NCBI RefSeq assembly: GCF_009914755.1 | Contig: NC_060942.1 | From: the human T2T-CHM13v2.0 reference genome, Homo sapiens | Length of the DNA stretch: 64,000 nucleotides | Strand: one strand, 5' to 3' | Shown here: positions 31,751-48,342 of the stretch, in pieces | How positions within the stretch are numbered: position 1 is the first letter of the stretch | Layout: the number at the start of each line of letters is the position of its first letter | Program-made: the position numbers and the translations under genes | Notes under the pieces: generated by a model | The model's database searches: none | The model's input: the letters and a program-made list of their open reading frames with translations, nothing else | Told to the model about the DNA's origin: nothing

Positions 31751-32384
31751 ACGCTGTGAAAGGTGACTGTGATCTTGAGTGCTGCACAGATAAGGAGTCC
31801 TTGTTATTTGAGGGAAACAGAACACCCAAAGCAGGTGAATGTCGGGCAGAATCCAAGAAACTGAAGGGATCGAGTAGGTCCAGCTGGGGAGGGGAAGGAA
31901 GGACTCAGCATTGACAAGGTTTGGCTCTTTGCCTCAAATTAAAATTGTGGGGAGATTCACCAATCAAGCGTACAGCCTCCTACTGATCCCTGCAGGCCAC
32001 CTACCACTCGCAAAGGGACACGGCTTGCTAGTAAAAGACTGAGCCAAGCGGATGGGTCTGGGGCAGCTGTGCCCTGTCCATGACTGACCCTGGCTGCCCC
32101 CAGGGTGGCAGTGATGCCGCAGCAGCCACTACAGCCACAAGCTGTGACCCCCACAAGCCGTGACCACCACAAGCCATGACGACCACTAGTGGTCATGTGG
32201 GCTTTGACATGTAGAGTTTGGAAGTGCTGATTTGCAGCCAAGGAAGTAAAATATAAATATTAAATGTTTAAAATCTCTGATCATTGTGGGTTAAGATATC
32301 AAAATTATGCAAAGAGTTTAACGTGGCAAAGATAAAATCCTACACCAACAGACTGCATTATGGCTTCAGTCTCAGGAAGGCCAG

Positions 32385-32858
<474 letters not shown>

Positions 32859-33482
32859 TCAGTAAATGACCATCCAGGAAGGTGGGCCAGCAGTCTTACA
32901 GTGTCCACCCCTGTTATCCCTTGGCCTTTTGCCCAGCCAGTGGGACAAGCCCCTATTCTAGCCTGAGCTTGCTAGGGCTCCCCTTTCCTTGTGGATGCCC
33001 TCCTGGCTCCCTCTCCCTCCCCTCAGCATCTGCCTGTGGGATGTTCCCTGCGGAACTTCCTCTTGTCCACGCTGAATTCCTCACGGTGCTGGAGGACCAG
33101 CTTGCGCTCTCCTGTCCACGGCCGGGCATCTCCTGGGGATTGGGAACAGCAGGACAATGTGGGCCCGCACCCAAACGCGGCTCAGGAGCCTCTGGCGAGG
33201 TGGTGGCTCTTCCCATGGAACTACTGAAAATACTACTCAGTAGCTGTCTTGTATCCAACTAGCAACAATTATTGGTAATATTAACACTAAAAAGCAGATG
33301 GGGTGAAATAATCATGGTAAAATTACTAAAAACTGCAAGTAATCTTGTCAACTCTAAATCAGCAAAATTTGCCCTAAAAGAAAGACATGGTAGAAATTAA
33401 ACTCATAGCCATGCTGCAAAACATCACATGGACTGAAAGTGGATTATTGATCATTTGTCAAGTTTTCTAGGAAAAGAATTAA

Positions 33483-34145
<663 letters not shown>

Positions 34146-34442
34146 AGTTAGTTATTAAATCCCTATAGAAAATGGATAAAGAATTAAACTGGCTTAGTAG
34201 AGCTCACTGCACAAAATACCTTTCATAAAAATTTATGGTTGGAATTTTTGTTTAGTCAAAATATTCTCATGGTCAAAACTGCCATATTCAGATCACAAAA
34301 TTACCTCCATTTTGGAATTTCTGGTAGAGGAAAGTGAGAGCTTGGCTTCCCTCCCACCCTCACCTACACCAGGAACTGGTTTTCTAGTGAGAAAAAGACA
34401 TATTCACTCCCTAGGCCCTGAGCCCTCCAGGTCACTTAAAAA

Positions 34443-34610
34443 CCACCCCCACACACACCACACACTCTACACACAGGCACTCCACACATAACACACCACC
34501 CCCCCACACTGCACACGAACACACTCCACACACATGCACTCCACACCACGCCCCCCACCACACATGAACACGTGTGCACACTACACACATGCACCCCACA
34601 TGCACACACG
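34443..34610. repeat. Degenerate (CA)/CCA-rich low-complexity tract
   Basis: Direct reading. Confidence 0.85.
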
Positions 34611-34804
34611 TGCAGGAAAGGCCTGCACCCTCCCTGGACCCTGCCATCCCCCCCTGGGGCCCTGTTTTTGCAGGTCCACATCCAGCTTGGAAAGGCTTGA
34701 GGCAGGAATCAGAAAACACAGCAACATACACCATTTTTTACACATTTATTTCCAGACTCAGTTTCTTCTCTCGTTTGAGTCAGAGGATTAAAGATGCCAT
34801 TTGC

Positions 34805-35161
<357 letters not shown>

Positions 35162-35439
35162 TCATCTCCTTCTGGAACCCTCCACAGAAACATGTCCCAG
35201 TTCCTGAAGGCAGTTTACAGCCTTGCTGCCCTCCCCGAAGCCCCTGCCTGCCCTGTGCTGCCCACCAAGCACCTGCCTGGCCCTTCCTCCCCACACTAAG
35301 CACAGCTGGTGTTTTGGCACCAGCTCCCCCAGAAATAAGTCACCCCTATAACAACAAACATGGGACCTGAACAAACCAGGTATGAAAGCAAAGGAGTTCA
35401 GGAAATGCCACCTCAATCTATGCTGCACTGAACTGAGGG

Positions 35440-35860
35440 GAGTTGTGGAATGGCAAATGCTGGGAGGGGCTTTCTCTGGACATCTTCATATGCCCAAAGA
35501 CAGATCCTCCAGAAGGACCTCAACTGCCATGAACCCCTCCCGGGGGAACCTCATCCACCAGGGAACCGAAAGCTCACACGTCACACCTGGATACTCTGTT
35601 GCGGTGTCACCTGTTCTTCCGAGGGCTAAGTTCATTTACCCTCCCCTAAGTTGCCCCCATCCCCTTCCCTGTCCCCTGTGAGGGAGTACAGAAGCTTCTC
35701 CATCTCACTGGGTTTGGAGGTATCGGCTCTTCAGTGTGATGCTCCCATGCACGTGAAAAATTCATCTAAGCTCTTCTGTTAACCTGCCTACTGTCAGTTT
35801 ATTTCAGACTCAATTACTGAACTCCAGGGGGTGGAGAGAACACCTTCCTTCCCCTCTGAG
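35440..35860 (+). mobile_element. Probable degenerate ERV1 (MER4-group) LTR
   Basis: gctcccatgcacgt...ttctgttaacctgcctactgtcagttta...ttcctt 3' pattern; family not assignable by eye. Confidence 0.45.
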
Positions 35861-36960
35861 AAGAACCAATGCCACGCCCGCCCCGAGGCTGAAGAATCAC
35901 CCAGGCAGCTGTATCACAAGAGGGTCTCAGGATGCTGGCATGGCAGCTTTCTCAGTGACTCAACACTTGCCAACTTGGAGTTAAGAGAGTTCTAGAAAGC
36001 ATCGCAGAACTATCTCCAAGACCAAAAATGTAGCTACTCCTCGAGCCAGCCCTCCAACAGCCCAGCAGCAAGTCTGTTCCCTGGAGATTGGGAGAAATCA
36101 GGGAAGGATGGAGGAACTCACTACTGAGCTTCCATCTGTCACAAGCTCGCAAGCACGCTTCTCCCAAGAGGCGAGGGACAGCAGAGCTCATGAGTGCTGT
36201 GACCCCAGATCAAGCCAGGCCGGGCAGAAAGTGGGGCCCCATGTCAACTACACCCCCACGTGGAAGGGCCTGCTGGGGAGATTGGGGGCGAGCAGAGAAT
36301 GAACTTTAGGCAGTGACTAAGAAGCTATTCCAGAAAGTAAGGCTTTCCTCTTCATCCTTCGTCACTCGCAAGTCCTACGATATCAAAGAATATCGTCTAA
36401 GATTAGCCACCCAATATTAAATACCCTCAAAGACAGCTTACCATCTTACTCATTTTTATATTATGAAAGGAGAAGTTGTGAATACTAGTTGGTTTGCTGT
36501 TTCCACTTTCATCTCGTGGGGGACTGTCCACATGTGCTTGGCTTTATACTGCCTTTGGAATCCCAGCTTCCTCCCTTAGGAGATCCTGTGTAAGTGGAGG
36601 CCACACGTGAGACAGGACCCAGGACACCTGTCGCATACAGGTTGACTCCTGCTGCCAAGAACATGCCTACCTCACCTCGCCTTCTTCAGAGCCGCTACAG
36701 AAGGCATCATTGGCAACTACTAAGAGTTGAAATGAAATGGGTAACACTCCAATCTTATTCTGAATTCCATTAGAAAGTCTTCACACTGGGAGTGCCTTGA
36801 TGGTAGGATGTGAAAGCTGTCAATGCAGGTGTCTTTTGTATTCATTGCCATTGAGGTATTTTACAGTGCTGTGTAGTCTTGGTAGGACAGGCTGTGCGAA
36901 GGCTGCAGTGGGAATTGGCTTGTGCATTTTTAACTTTACAAGCGCTATAGCGCAACTTAA

Positions 36961-37275
<315 letters not shown>

Positions 37276-37859
37276 AAATTCAAGTTCTTTACCCCCAAAT
37301 ACACCATGTTAGCATAGCCACTGCTTTAAAAAAATGCTACTAGTGTATGATTCTAATGCAATTTTCAGAACTGAAATACTGGGGGCCAAAAATATATGAT
37401 AATAGCAGACAATCTGCAGCTCACACACGAGGCTAAATCAAGCGGCCAGGTCCTCCTCCGATCTCTGCTGATGCTGCTTTCAGAGGCCTTCGGAGACCAC
37501 CCCACACCCTCCACGGCTACTCCCCAGCCCCACTCCCATTACCCACTTCACATATTACCTATGCATTTATCTATTCATTTGAACATCCTTCCCAGTGGAA
37601 TCTGTTTACACTTATATTTGCAGTGTGTAAATATCTGGGTTATAATGCGAGAAGCAGCAGCCAAAGGCTTATTTGTAATAGTGTAGACAGGAAGCAGCCC
37701 ACCTATTCTCAAATCCCACACTGAAGTTCAAAGGAACTTATTTTGACTTACTGAGGAGTCCCTGCTGGCTAACTAAATAAAACCAAAACTCACAGAAGCA
37801 CCAGGGGACTCCGACAGGCCAAGGTTTTCAAACCAGGCTTACAGGAACATCAAACATTT

Positions 37860-38000
37860 ATACACGCAGCACTTTACAAAAGCACCTTCACACAGGAACT
37901 CATTTGCCTGCAAAACAACCCTGTGAGAAACAGGGCAGGTTTTACTAATTCCCATTTTACTGACGAAGACATCGAGGCTCAGAGATGCTTGACTGTGTCT
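37860..38000 (-). mobile_element. MIR
   Basis: aacaaccctgtgag...cccattttactgacgaagacatcgaggctcagaga. Confidence 0.75.
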
Positions 38001-38239
38001 CGGGAGCTTCAAGACAACCCCCCTCTGCTGTCTTCAGTGGGCGGCATCCAAGCTGTGCCAGACACTCGGCACCCACCTGCTCTTAGGGCTGCAGGCAGGA
38101 GCAGGAGGAGCACCCAAGAGGCACCTGCTGCTGCCAAGAGCAAAACCCAAACCCAGGGACACAGGCAGATTCCAGAGAAACTAATAAACTAGTTAAAAGA
38201 CAAATATTTTAATCTAGTTTCCCCACTTTAAATCATTAA

Positions 38240-39184
38240 TACAGGTCACAAATTGCATTTATTGGTAGACATCTAGAAAACAATCAAAAGTGTATATATC
38301 TCTCTCTATAGATCTTATTAATAAATTTTATTTGGACAAGAGAACTTGTGCCACAACAGTTTAAACAGCATGATTAAAGACTGCAGCACTCCCAAGAGTG
38401 GTCACAGGTATGTACAGTATGTGAAGAAGTTGCACCTCAGAGCTGATCATGATCAAGTTAAAAACACCAGACATACATTATACGTCTAATAAATTTCCTT
38501 CAGGTCATGACCAGCATGAAAAAATCAGACACAGACACTCAGCAACCATTCTGTAAATGTGTACAGCAATATGCTGCGCTTAAGAGTTTAAGTCAATCCT
38601 ACTTGTGTTGGCATCAGGTCCTTTAGGAGATGTAAAAACCCCTCCTTTCCCATTTGCACACGTCACAAACGATTCACACACAGGGCTGGGCTGGACAGCT
38701 GGCCACAGAGCCCAGCAAGTCCTTCCTGGGAGAGAAGAGTTAGGGCTGATACTGAAGGTCTCTTTCACATCTGGGCACACGTCTGCCTTCAGGCTGTAAG
38801 AATTTCATTTGTCGATTGTTAAATAAAACCAGGAGAAAGCAATGCAGGTCTCTGGGAATCTCATCCCTTCCATAAGGAAAATGCTCTGCCAATTCAAGTT
38901 TCATTCAGTCAGGAAGACAGAAGGATTTAAGGCTTCGGTGACAATTATAATCCTCTGAGAAATTATTTCCCCTTAAAGTCAAGATAAGATAATAGTGTTT
39001 ACTGTACTTTCTCTTGACTCTTGAAATCCCTGGTATTGGGTGTAGGCAACTTGCACCTGCAATGAAGTCCGCAGGAGAGGAAGGTCTCTCCTCCCCCGAA
39101 AGCTATCCCAGGTCACATGCGTGGCGAATGCCCACTGAACCTCGGCTCTCATGGAAGCAGGAAAGACACCGAGATTCAAGCCTT
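38240..39184 (-). other. PPP4R1: PPP4R1 3'UTR (end approximate)
   Basis: Between stop codon and poly(A) signals; repeat-free. Confidence 0.8.
38258..38332 (-). terminator. PPP4R1 polyadenylation signals (AATAAA on - strand at 38327-38332 and 38258-38263)
   Basis: TTTATT twice on + strand ~0.9 kb past the PPP4R1 stop. Confidence 0.75.
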
Positions 39185-39348
39185 CTAGTAGGTTGAGGAC
39201 GCTGTGCTCATGGCATCTTCGGAGATTTTGGTACTGGCAGGGTGGATGCTTGCAAAATACTTGACATCGCTGTCACGGTCCATCTGAAGAGCCATGATGG
39301 TCTGCTCCACAGCCTCCTGGTGGCAGCTGGCAGAGGCCAAGAAATAGT
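39185..39348 (-). CDS. PPP4R1: PPP4R1 last coding exon (DYFLASASCHQE...STASSTY*)
   Basis: ttccag|AC acceptor on - strand; TAG 39185-39187; 164 nt; matches PP4R1 C-terminus. Confidence 0.96.
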
Positions 39349-40026
39349 CTGGAAATGACATGTGCATAGGACAGATGAAACCAGTCCAACGGAACACTTC
39401 AGAGTTCCGTCAAGTACGAGTGTAAACAGTTAAACTGGGTATTTCTACAAGTACAAACAAGCCACACTGAAACATAAACAGTAATCCAAACTGATTTGTT
39501 ATAGGAAGAAAAAGTGCCAGAATAAAAAGAGTTATGAGATTTATCTTGTTTTTATAAGACTAAATCTCATGATATTCAATGACAGCTAAGGAATATTAAA
39601 TTAATAAATAGATGAAAACATCACACTTCTTAGCCATTAAGTAGCAGTGAAAATGCTTCCAAACACCAACTACAAAAAAAAAAAAAGGAGAAAAAAAAAT
39701 ATTCATTTATCCTTATTCTTTGACATCTACTACAAACTTCTTTCTGTGCTTCATTCATCCGTGCAACTATATTTATGAGGTGTTTTGGGCGGCAGGCGGC
39801 GGGGGGGGTCGATTAAAATAAATAAACCACCTTTAATCTTGAAGAGATTATAATTTCCAACAAAACAAATACTATGGGGCATCTGTCTCTTGCCTAATGA
39901 AGAGAAAGCAGAAGGGAGAGCAAACATAGGTAGGTACCAGCCCCCATACTGCAGATTGCAAGTGGCACGCTGCCAGGCAATGGTTTGTACATAAAAACAA
40001 CACCCAAGTTTAAAAACTAAGTTTTA

Positions 40027-40404
<378 letters not shown>

Positions 40405-40588
40405 TTAAAAAATCCCTTTCATCTTCCATGCCCTCTTGGGAGAATCACCGGAACAACTAAAGTATTTCCTTCCACCAGATTATTTTCTCTGAGCAGACAA
40501 TACTTCTGCTTTGATATCTGCTGATCCAGTGCAGTCCACAGACCTCCTTCTCTACTCACACGCTTCTTCTAGTGGAGTCACTACCTAC

Positions 40589-40730
40589 CTTTTTCTAGTA
40601 GAGTTTGTCTTAATGTCTTTGCAAGCAGCACTCGCACGTTAGGAACCCTGTCATTTGCTAAGGTTAGCAGATGCGGCATGAGATGCACAGCAAACTGGTC
40701 CATGGGAAGGCAGTCATCCTCAATGACAGT
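40589..40730 (-). CDS. PPP4R1: PPP4R1 exon (TVIEDDCLPMDQF...DRVPNVRVLLAKTL...EK), HEAT repeat
   Basis: cccag|ACT...AAG|gtaggt; 142 nt. Confidence 0.96.
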
Positions 40731-41024
40731 CTGGGGAAGAGAAACAGCTGCTCTAGGCTTCTCTGTCAATGTAGCCAAAAACTCGACTACTGGCTAACAA
40801 AATCTCTGAGTGACCACAGGTACAAATTTTAGTTATTGCTTTTTAACCAAAATTCCACGTACTTGGGAACTCAAATCAAAAATTACATAATTAACTGCCC
40901 ACACGGACAGACACAGTTTTTAAACTGCTCTACGGAGACCTAGAGTGTTCATTCACAGGTGTTTCATTTTCACACCTGCGCTCTGGGTCCCAGACATGAG
41001 CACCCTCTAGTGGGAACCGTGGTA

Positions 41025-41235
41025 TGGTATATGTGTGCACAGTATGTGTGTGGTGGGGTACATGTATGTATGCCTGTGTAATATGCAGTGAGGAACAGTG
41101 AGGAACATGCATGTATGTGCACTGTGAAATGTACATATACACACGTCTGAATGTGTGCAGAGCAGAACACGCACATACCAGGCATGTGGTGTGGAACAAG
41201 CACATACAGCAGGCACGTGGGGTGTGTGTGGTGCA
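41025..41235. repeat. Degenerate (TG/CA)-rich tract
   Basis: Direct reading. Confidence 0.75.
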
Positions 41236-41443
41236 TGCCAGTGTAAGGAGGGGCTTGGCTAGCTGGGAGAGAGGGGCCACCAGATGCCCAACAATGGGGG
41301 CAGATGATCCTATAAACAGCCAGGCTACTATAAGGTTCTGTTCCTTAAGAGTAAGGAAGAGGGTGAGAGAGAGGTAGGAAGTTAAAGAAGACATTCTTCT
41401 AGGAGAAAAACTCACAAACAGGTAAGCCCAGGGCCTCGCTTAC

Positions 41444-41578
41444 CTGGCAGACAAAGACAAAGGCTTGCCGACCAGACCACTTGGGACATCTGCCAAAGTT
41501 CTCCACAAGCTCATTGATGAGGTCCACTCCGAACGTTGGTGGTGTTGCCGCGTGCAGCTTCTTCACCATCTCGCTGAC
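41444..41578 (-). CDS. PPP4R1: PPP4R1 exon (VSEMVKKLHAAT...RQAFVFVCQ)
   Basis: cccag|GTC...CAG|gtaagc; 135 nt; translated by hand. Confidence 0.95.
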
Positions 41579-41669
41579 CTGGGAGGGTGAGCATGGAGAA
41601 ATGAGGAACAGCTTCCATTCTAGGATCTTAGAGTTTGCTGATCTAAAATTTTAAAAGTTCAATACATAC

Positions 41670-41790
41670 CAACTTGTAGGAAATCCAACGAACAGAAGAA
41701 ACTTTGTCTGCACACAGATTCAGAGCAATGGGACGTAAATAGTCATAAACATCTCTGGGACTATATAACTCTAGAAGTAAAATCAGCTGT
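41670..41790 (-). CDS. PPP4R1: PPP4R1 exon (QLILLLELYSPRD...DKVSSVRWISYKL)
   Basis: tgtag|A...TTG|gtatgt; 121 nt; 91-nt intron to next exon. Confidence 0.95.
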
Positions 41791-42549
41791 CTACAAAAAG
41801 GAATTACAAAAAGACAATGTTTAAAAATCAGCGAGACAAATGAAAATAGGTTACCCATTTAAATCATCTGTAATACTGGATTACTGAGCACCTGTCTCAA
41901 ACATACGCAAAGAGGAGTGATTAAGCAGACCTCTCCTGTACAGTTACCTCCAGTCTCTGTGTATCTGGAAATGCACTTACATGCTATTCAAGTTCCTTAG
42001 AGTGTAAGGAAAACAAAAGCTGTAGAGTTCTGCATCCATGGGGACTGAGACAGAGCAAAGCACTTCCTAGTATGTTCAACTGGAACATGGCCCACACTGA
42101 TCCATGGTCACAGTTTGGAATGTGCTGAGAAGCTTCCATCTACAATCAAGTTTCTCAGTAAGAAGTCCCCGCAGAGGGAGGGAGTCCACTGTGTACCTGT
42201 CGAGGCTCTGAGGAGCCTTCCTGGAAGGGATTTGCTAGGGATAACAGAGGGAGGGTGTCCTCCAGCAACCTTCCCATCACATCTGAGGGGCCCTGAGACT
42301 TTCATGACATCTACCAAGCTAACCTGAAAGCTTCAATGATGGCCTTGAAGAAATACCTTGGATGTGAGACTTTTGCCTTTCAGATTTTATGTTCAAGAGG
42401 ATTTACATTTCTAATAAGCAGAAAGTCAACTGTAACATGAATATAGATTATGCAGCAATGATAAATGCACCTGTGTATACAAATATGCATCCTCAAAGAG
42501 ACACACTTATTTTCTGACAAAATTCAAAATAAAAATTCCAAATAGGACC

Positions 42550-44670
42550 AGTTTCTGCTTAGAATACAGAAAACTGCAAAGAACGTCACTGACCCTACAG
42601 TAGAAAAAGCTACATAAACTTCAAGATCTTTTCTTGAGCCCATCAGAGAGCTGGGGTTGCAAAGCACACAAACAACCTAACTTCCCAAGATGGGAAAGAG
42701 AACTGCCCCTCAGCAGAGCCCGGATGGACAGGACACCTGCTAGCACCTAACATGGCAGGGAGAAATCAGCTCGAATTGCAGTCAGCTGCCCAGGGCCAGA
42801 TGGTGGCTGGCAGGAGCATGGGGTGGCTCAAACAAAGCCAGATGTGCCCGACACAGGGAGCTCACATTCCCAGACAACCTTCTGACTTCCACAGGGTACC
42901 TGCCTCCCATGGGTGCTTCAAGAAAGATGGTCAGGAAAAACAGGAGAGATGTCTCATAGCAGGCAGAAGCAACTGACTGACAGCCATGAATCATCAAGCA
43001 CTCTGCTGGGCCCTTTTCTCGTGCAAAGCAAAAGGCTTAACCTGCTGGTGGAGGGGCCCCAAAGCCTGTCCACCCTGTGGGCCCAGCAAAAATACTGCAA
43101 CTGTGGGAGAGGAGAACTAATGCTCCTTATTCCAGGAGGAGCTGTAGGAAGTCCTGCCCGAGACCAAGCACAGATAGGAGGTCCCACCCATTACGCAGGG
43201 GTGCAGGTACCGCTAAACGCCGGGTGGAATACTCACACTAGAAGACCACTGGTACCCCAGCTGCCACCCTCAGCAAACGACAATGGTAGTGGCAGCCCAC
43301 AGCGAGAAAAACTGAAGCCCCAAGTACACTGAACGTAACCACAGCAATCACAAAACGCAAACCCAGCTTGACCCTGACTAGATGGACTCACACCCCGGCA
43401 CTATATGGCAGAAGAGGAGGCGTGTGTTTTGAGTCAGAAGTGGGCAAGCCAGAACTCAATGGAGTGGCATCTTTAATATACTGAAAGACAAACTGTCAGC
43501 CCCACATTCCATACTCAGCAAAGACATCATTTGAAAATGCAGGTGAGGTCTATAATCCAGAATATATAAAGAACTCTTACAACTCAACAACACAACTTAA
43601 GATAATCCAATTTAAAAATGTGCAACAGACTTGGATAGACATTTCTCCACAAAATATACACAAATGGTTGACAGGCTTATGGAAAAGTGTTCAACATCAT
43701 TAGTCATTAGGGAAATGCAAATCATACCACAATGAAGTGCTGTTCCAAGCCCATCAGAACAGCTGTAAATGATAAGCGAGTGATGGATATGCTAACTGCC
43801 CTTATCTGACCACTATCCGATACGTATTGCAACATCATTACATACCTCACAAATATGCACAATTATTATTTGGCCAATTTAGAAATATTTTTAAAATTTA
43901 GTAGAAAAATAGGTGTTAGTGAGGAGACAGAGAAACTGGAACTCCCATACATTGCTGATGGGAATGTAAAATGGTATAGCTGTTGTGGAAAAGTTTTGGC
44001 AGTTCCTCAAGAAATTAAACACAGAATTACCATATGGCCTTGCAAATTCACCTCAAAAGAACTGAAAACAGATTTCAAATATTAAATCTTGTACATAAAC
44101 GTTCCTAGCAGCACTATTCACAAAAGACCACACCCCCAACCCAAATGTTCCTCAACAGATGAATGCCCTAAACGAATGTGGTATATCCATACAATGGAAT
44201 ATTACTCAACCACAAAAAGGAAGGCAGGTTCAGCTAGAGGATACAATATGGAGGACAACTGAAAACATTGTTAAATGAAGAAACCAAGCACAAAAGGCCA
44301 TGTGTTATATGACTCCACTTGCATGAAATGTCCGCAACAGGCAAATCCATAGATAGTAGATGCTTATTGGGCATGGGTTTTTCTTTTCGGGAGGTTAACA
44401 TTTCAGAACTAGATAGAGGGAATGGTTCCACAACACTGTGAATGGACTAAATGTCATCAACAGCAAATTTGGCTATGTGTATTTCACCATGATAAAAATA
44501 ATATAAAGATGAACTAAAGACATTTTCAAGAAAAAATAAAAAAGCTGAGGAAATTCACTGACAGTAAGACACGTATTACAGGAAGCGTTAAAGGGCTAGA
44601 ATACCACATAGAAACTTGGATCTACACAAAGTAATGAAGAAACTGAGAAAATGTAAAAATGAAGTAAATA
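42550..44670 (+). mobile_element. Nested old L1 remnants (L1M host; L1MB-type 3' end ~43550-44505; short L1 3' tip ~43770-43880)
   Basis: gaactcttacaactcaacaa, tcattagtcattagggaaatgcaaatc, catacaatggaatattactc motifs. Confidence 0.75.
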
Positions 44671-44713
44671 TATACCCCTCCAAAACATAATCTAATAAAC
44701 TGTTAGAACTTAC

Positions 44714-44814
44714 TCAGCCAGTTCAGCTCGAAACCGCCAATTTCTACTATTATCTGTCACCAAAAACTCCTGAAGTTGATAAAGATATTCTCTTCTTTTG
44801 TCAATATGAAGAAG
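44714..44814 (-). CDS. PPP4R1: PPP4R1 exon (LLHIDKRREYLYQLQEFLVTDNSRNWRFRAELAE)
   Basis: tttag|CTT...GA|gtaagt; 101 nt; phases fit both neighbours; not in ORF track. Confidence 0.95.
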
Positions 44815-45442
44815 CTAAAGTAACAAAATAAAAATATTTACCAGGACAAGGTACAGACAGTATTTCTTTTACTAAAGTGCTTAAAAACAGACTGTAAGCA
44901 ATATGGTTAATTCTTCTGAAGAGGAAATGTAGTAGCTGTATTTAAGTGTTTTAAAATTTGGTATTAAGTTTATTTTTCCCTGAATAATTCCATTTGCCTT
45001 CAGGAATCACCATCTTGTCTGGAAATCTTTGTTCCTTGTGCCTATCAATGAGCCACGCTAAACCCCACAGTACCCCGGGCACAGCCTGATTACAGGGCTT
45101 GCCCCCTTTATTCATATGACATCCTTGTTGCCATGGCCCCGCTTAAGGCAGTAATTATGCTCTTAACCACGTGTGTAAGCCCTGCGTGTGACGCTGTGAC
45201 AGCACAGAGTAGGCATTCAGTATTTGTTGAGAGAAAAAAAATAAATGTATCCCAATAGCTGCTCTATAAATATTTAAAGGTAAGTTTATAAACGGAAGCA
45301 AACCAACCTAACTGTGCATCAGATGGAAAACAATCACACAGGGAAAAAAGCCAAAGTGTGAACTGACTACTTTGACCATACATCTTCAAGGGACGTTCTA
45401 AGGACAGAATGTGCTAGGAAGTCCTGAATATTATGTAGTTGA

Positions 45443-45820
<378 letters not shown>

Positions 45821-45974
45821 ACAACTAAATATTACACATTAATGTTACTAAGAACAGACTTTTTACCAGGAGTAAAAAGAAAAAAATATATAAAGTGAAG
45901 AGAGAAAACGGTATTGAATTGGAAGCAGTTCATAACAATATGAAGTTAGTAATTTAATTAAAAAAAAAAGCATC

Positions 45975-46014
45975 ACACCTCCTAGCTACTATCTACACCT
46001 CCTAGCTACTATCT
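45975..46014. repeat. Perfect 20-bp tandem duplication
   Basis: acacctcctagctactatct x2. Confidence 0.95.
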
Positions 46015-46411
46015 CCTGAAAAGACCTAAAAGAAATGACAGGCCAGGAGCAATGAGCACTTCCAGTGCCTGGATCTCAGTTTCTAAGGACCATTCTCCAC
46101 TAAAAAGGACCACAGTTCCTTGGAGAAATAGCTGACTCCAGGCTGGGACAGGGAAAGGGAAAGTTGAAACTGAAAGTATTGATGCACTTAAAAATCAAAG
46201 GACAAATCAAAGGACACAAGAGGCAGCTTTAAGGGGTCTCCACTAGTCAAATTTGATGCTCAAAACAAATGACAGAAATGGATTCCATTATGTTGAATTT
46301 TTAAAATCCTAGAGTCCCCACTAATACTAAAATAACTTTCGAAACCGGGGAAGGAGAGAAGGCACAGGTTATTTTTACATGGGAATGTTACTTAATAAAA
46401 ACAGAAGGAAT

Positions 46412-46722
46412 GGCCCAGCATAGTGGCTCACATCTGTAATCCCAGAACTTTGGGAGGCTAAGGCGGGGCAGATCACTTGAGCCCAGGAGTTCAAGACCAG
46501 TGTGGGCAACATAGTGAAACCCTATCCCTACAAAAAATACAAAACTCAGTTGGGCGTGGTGGTGCGCCTGTGGCCCCAGCTACTCAGGAGGCAGAAGTGG
46601 GAGGATCATCTGAGCTGGGAGAGGTGGAGGCTGCAGTGAGCCATGATTGCATCATTACACTCCAGCCTGGGCAACAGAGTGAGACCCTGTCTCAAAATAA
46701 GTAAGTTAATTAATTAAAAAAA
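46412..46722 (+). mobile_element. AluJ-like
   Basis: TSD aaaaacagaa(g/a)gaat. Confidence 0.92.
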
Positions 46723-47246
46723 AACAGAAAGAATTATGAAAATAGAAAATCACTCTTTCACAACCAACACAGTTAACTGATTCAGGTAAGAACCATGTAT
46801 AGATGCCTGGATATGAGAGCACTGGTGAAGGACTCTAGAGAAAAAGATATTCAGAGTTCTAAAGTATCACCTCACCAATTCTCTATTAACCACAAAAGGT
46901 AAAAGGTCATTTTACAATGGAGTTGTCAGCCTTCTCGTCACCAATGATGGGAAGAGCCAACACCACATTAGCCCTGATGTGGCACATTCAGAAAAATACA
47001 TGACAACCTACACAGGTTAACATGTCTGCAAAAAAACCCCGCTTACTCAGAATCAAATTGTGTAAATTCAAATTGAGGGTAATTCTGTAAAACAACTGGT
47101 TTAGACTCCTCAAAAATGCCAGTGACACCTAGATTTAAGAGGACTAAAGAAAGATAACATTTAAATTTAATATGCACTTTAAGGGATTCAAAATTGAGCG
47201 GAGAAAAACTATAAAGGACAATACTGGGACAATCAGAAAAATTTTA

Positions 47247-47885
<639 letters not shown>

Positions 47886-48122
47886 CTCAATGTTTTTTAA
47901 AAGGGAGGACTACAATTACTTCTATCACTCAAGCCTTAGAATTACCAGAGTCAATTTCAAGGCTAAAGTCTAAAAACAACAACAGTACTCCAGGAGTAAA
48001 CAATTTGTAAAAAATCAGGGCTATTCACTTTGGAGACCACAGCTCCTCTATCAAAGTAGTGAGGGCTAAACGTAAATTCTCAAGACGCCTGAAATACCAC
48101 ACAAAGCCTCCAAACTTAATAC

Positions 48123-48342
48123 ACAGTTGACTTTCAACAACAGGGGTTTGAACTGCATGGGTCCACTTATACTTGAATTGTTTGTCCCAACCAGATTGAA
48201 AATACAGTATTCCCGGATGTGAAACTGGAGTACACGGAGGGCAGACTTTTCCTATACGCAGGTTCCACAGGAGTACTCCATGGATTTGGGTGTGCATGGG
48301 GGACCTGGAACCAATCCTCCTGCATGTACTGAGGGATGACTG
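48123..48342. mobile_element. MER8/Tigger2-type MITE
   Basis: cagttgac...gggtttgaactgcatgggtccacttata...ggaaccaatcc...gagggatgactg. Confidence 0.82.

Noticed and set aside
39787-39808. G-rich run gggcggcaggcggcggggggggg as a G-quadruplex
   Set aside because: Lacks four clean G3 tracts; on the template strand of PPP4R1; no other support
42752-43332. 139-aa ORF in PPP4R1 intron
   Set aside because: Lies in decayed L1-like sequence; no homology recognised; not needed for the PPP4R1 frame
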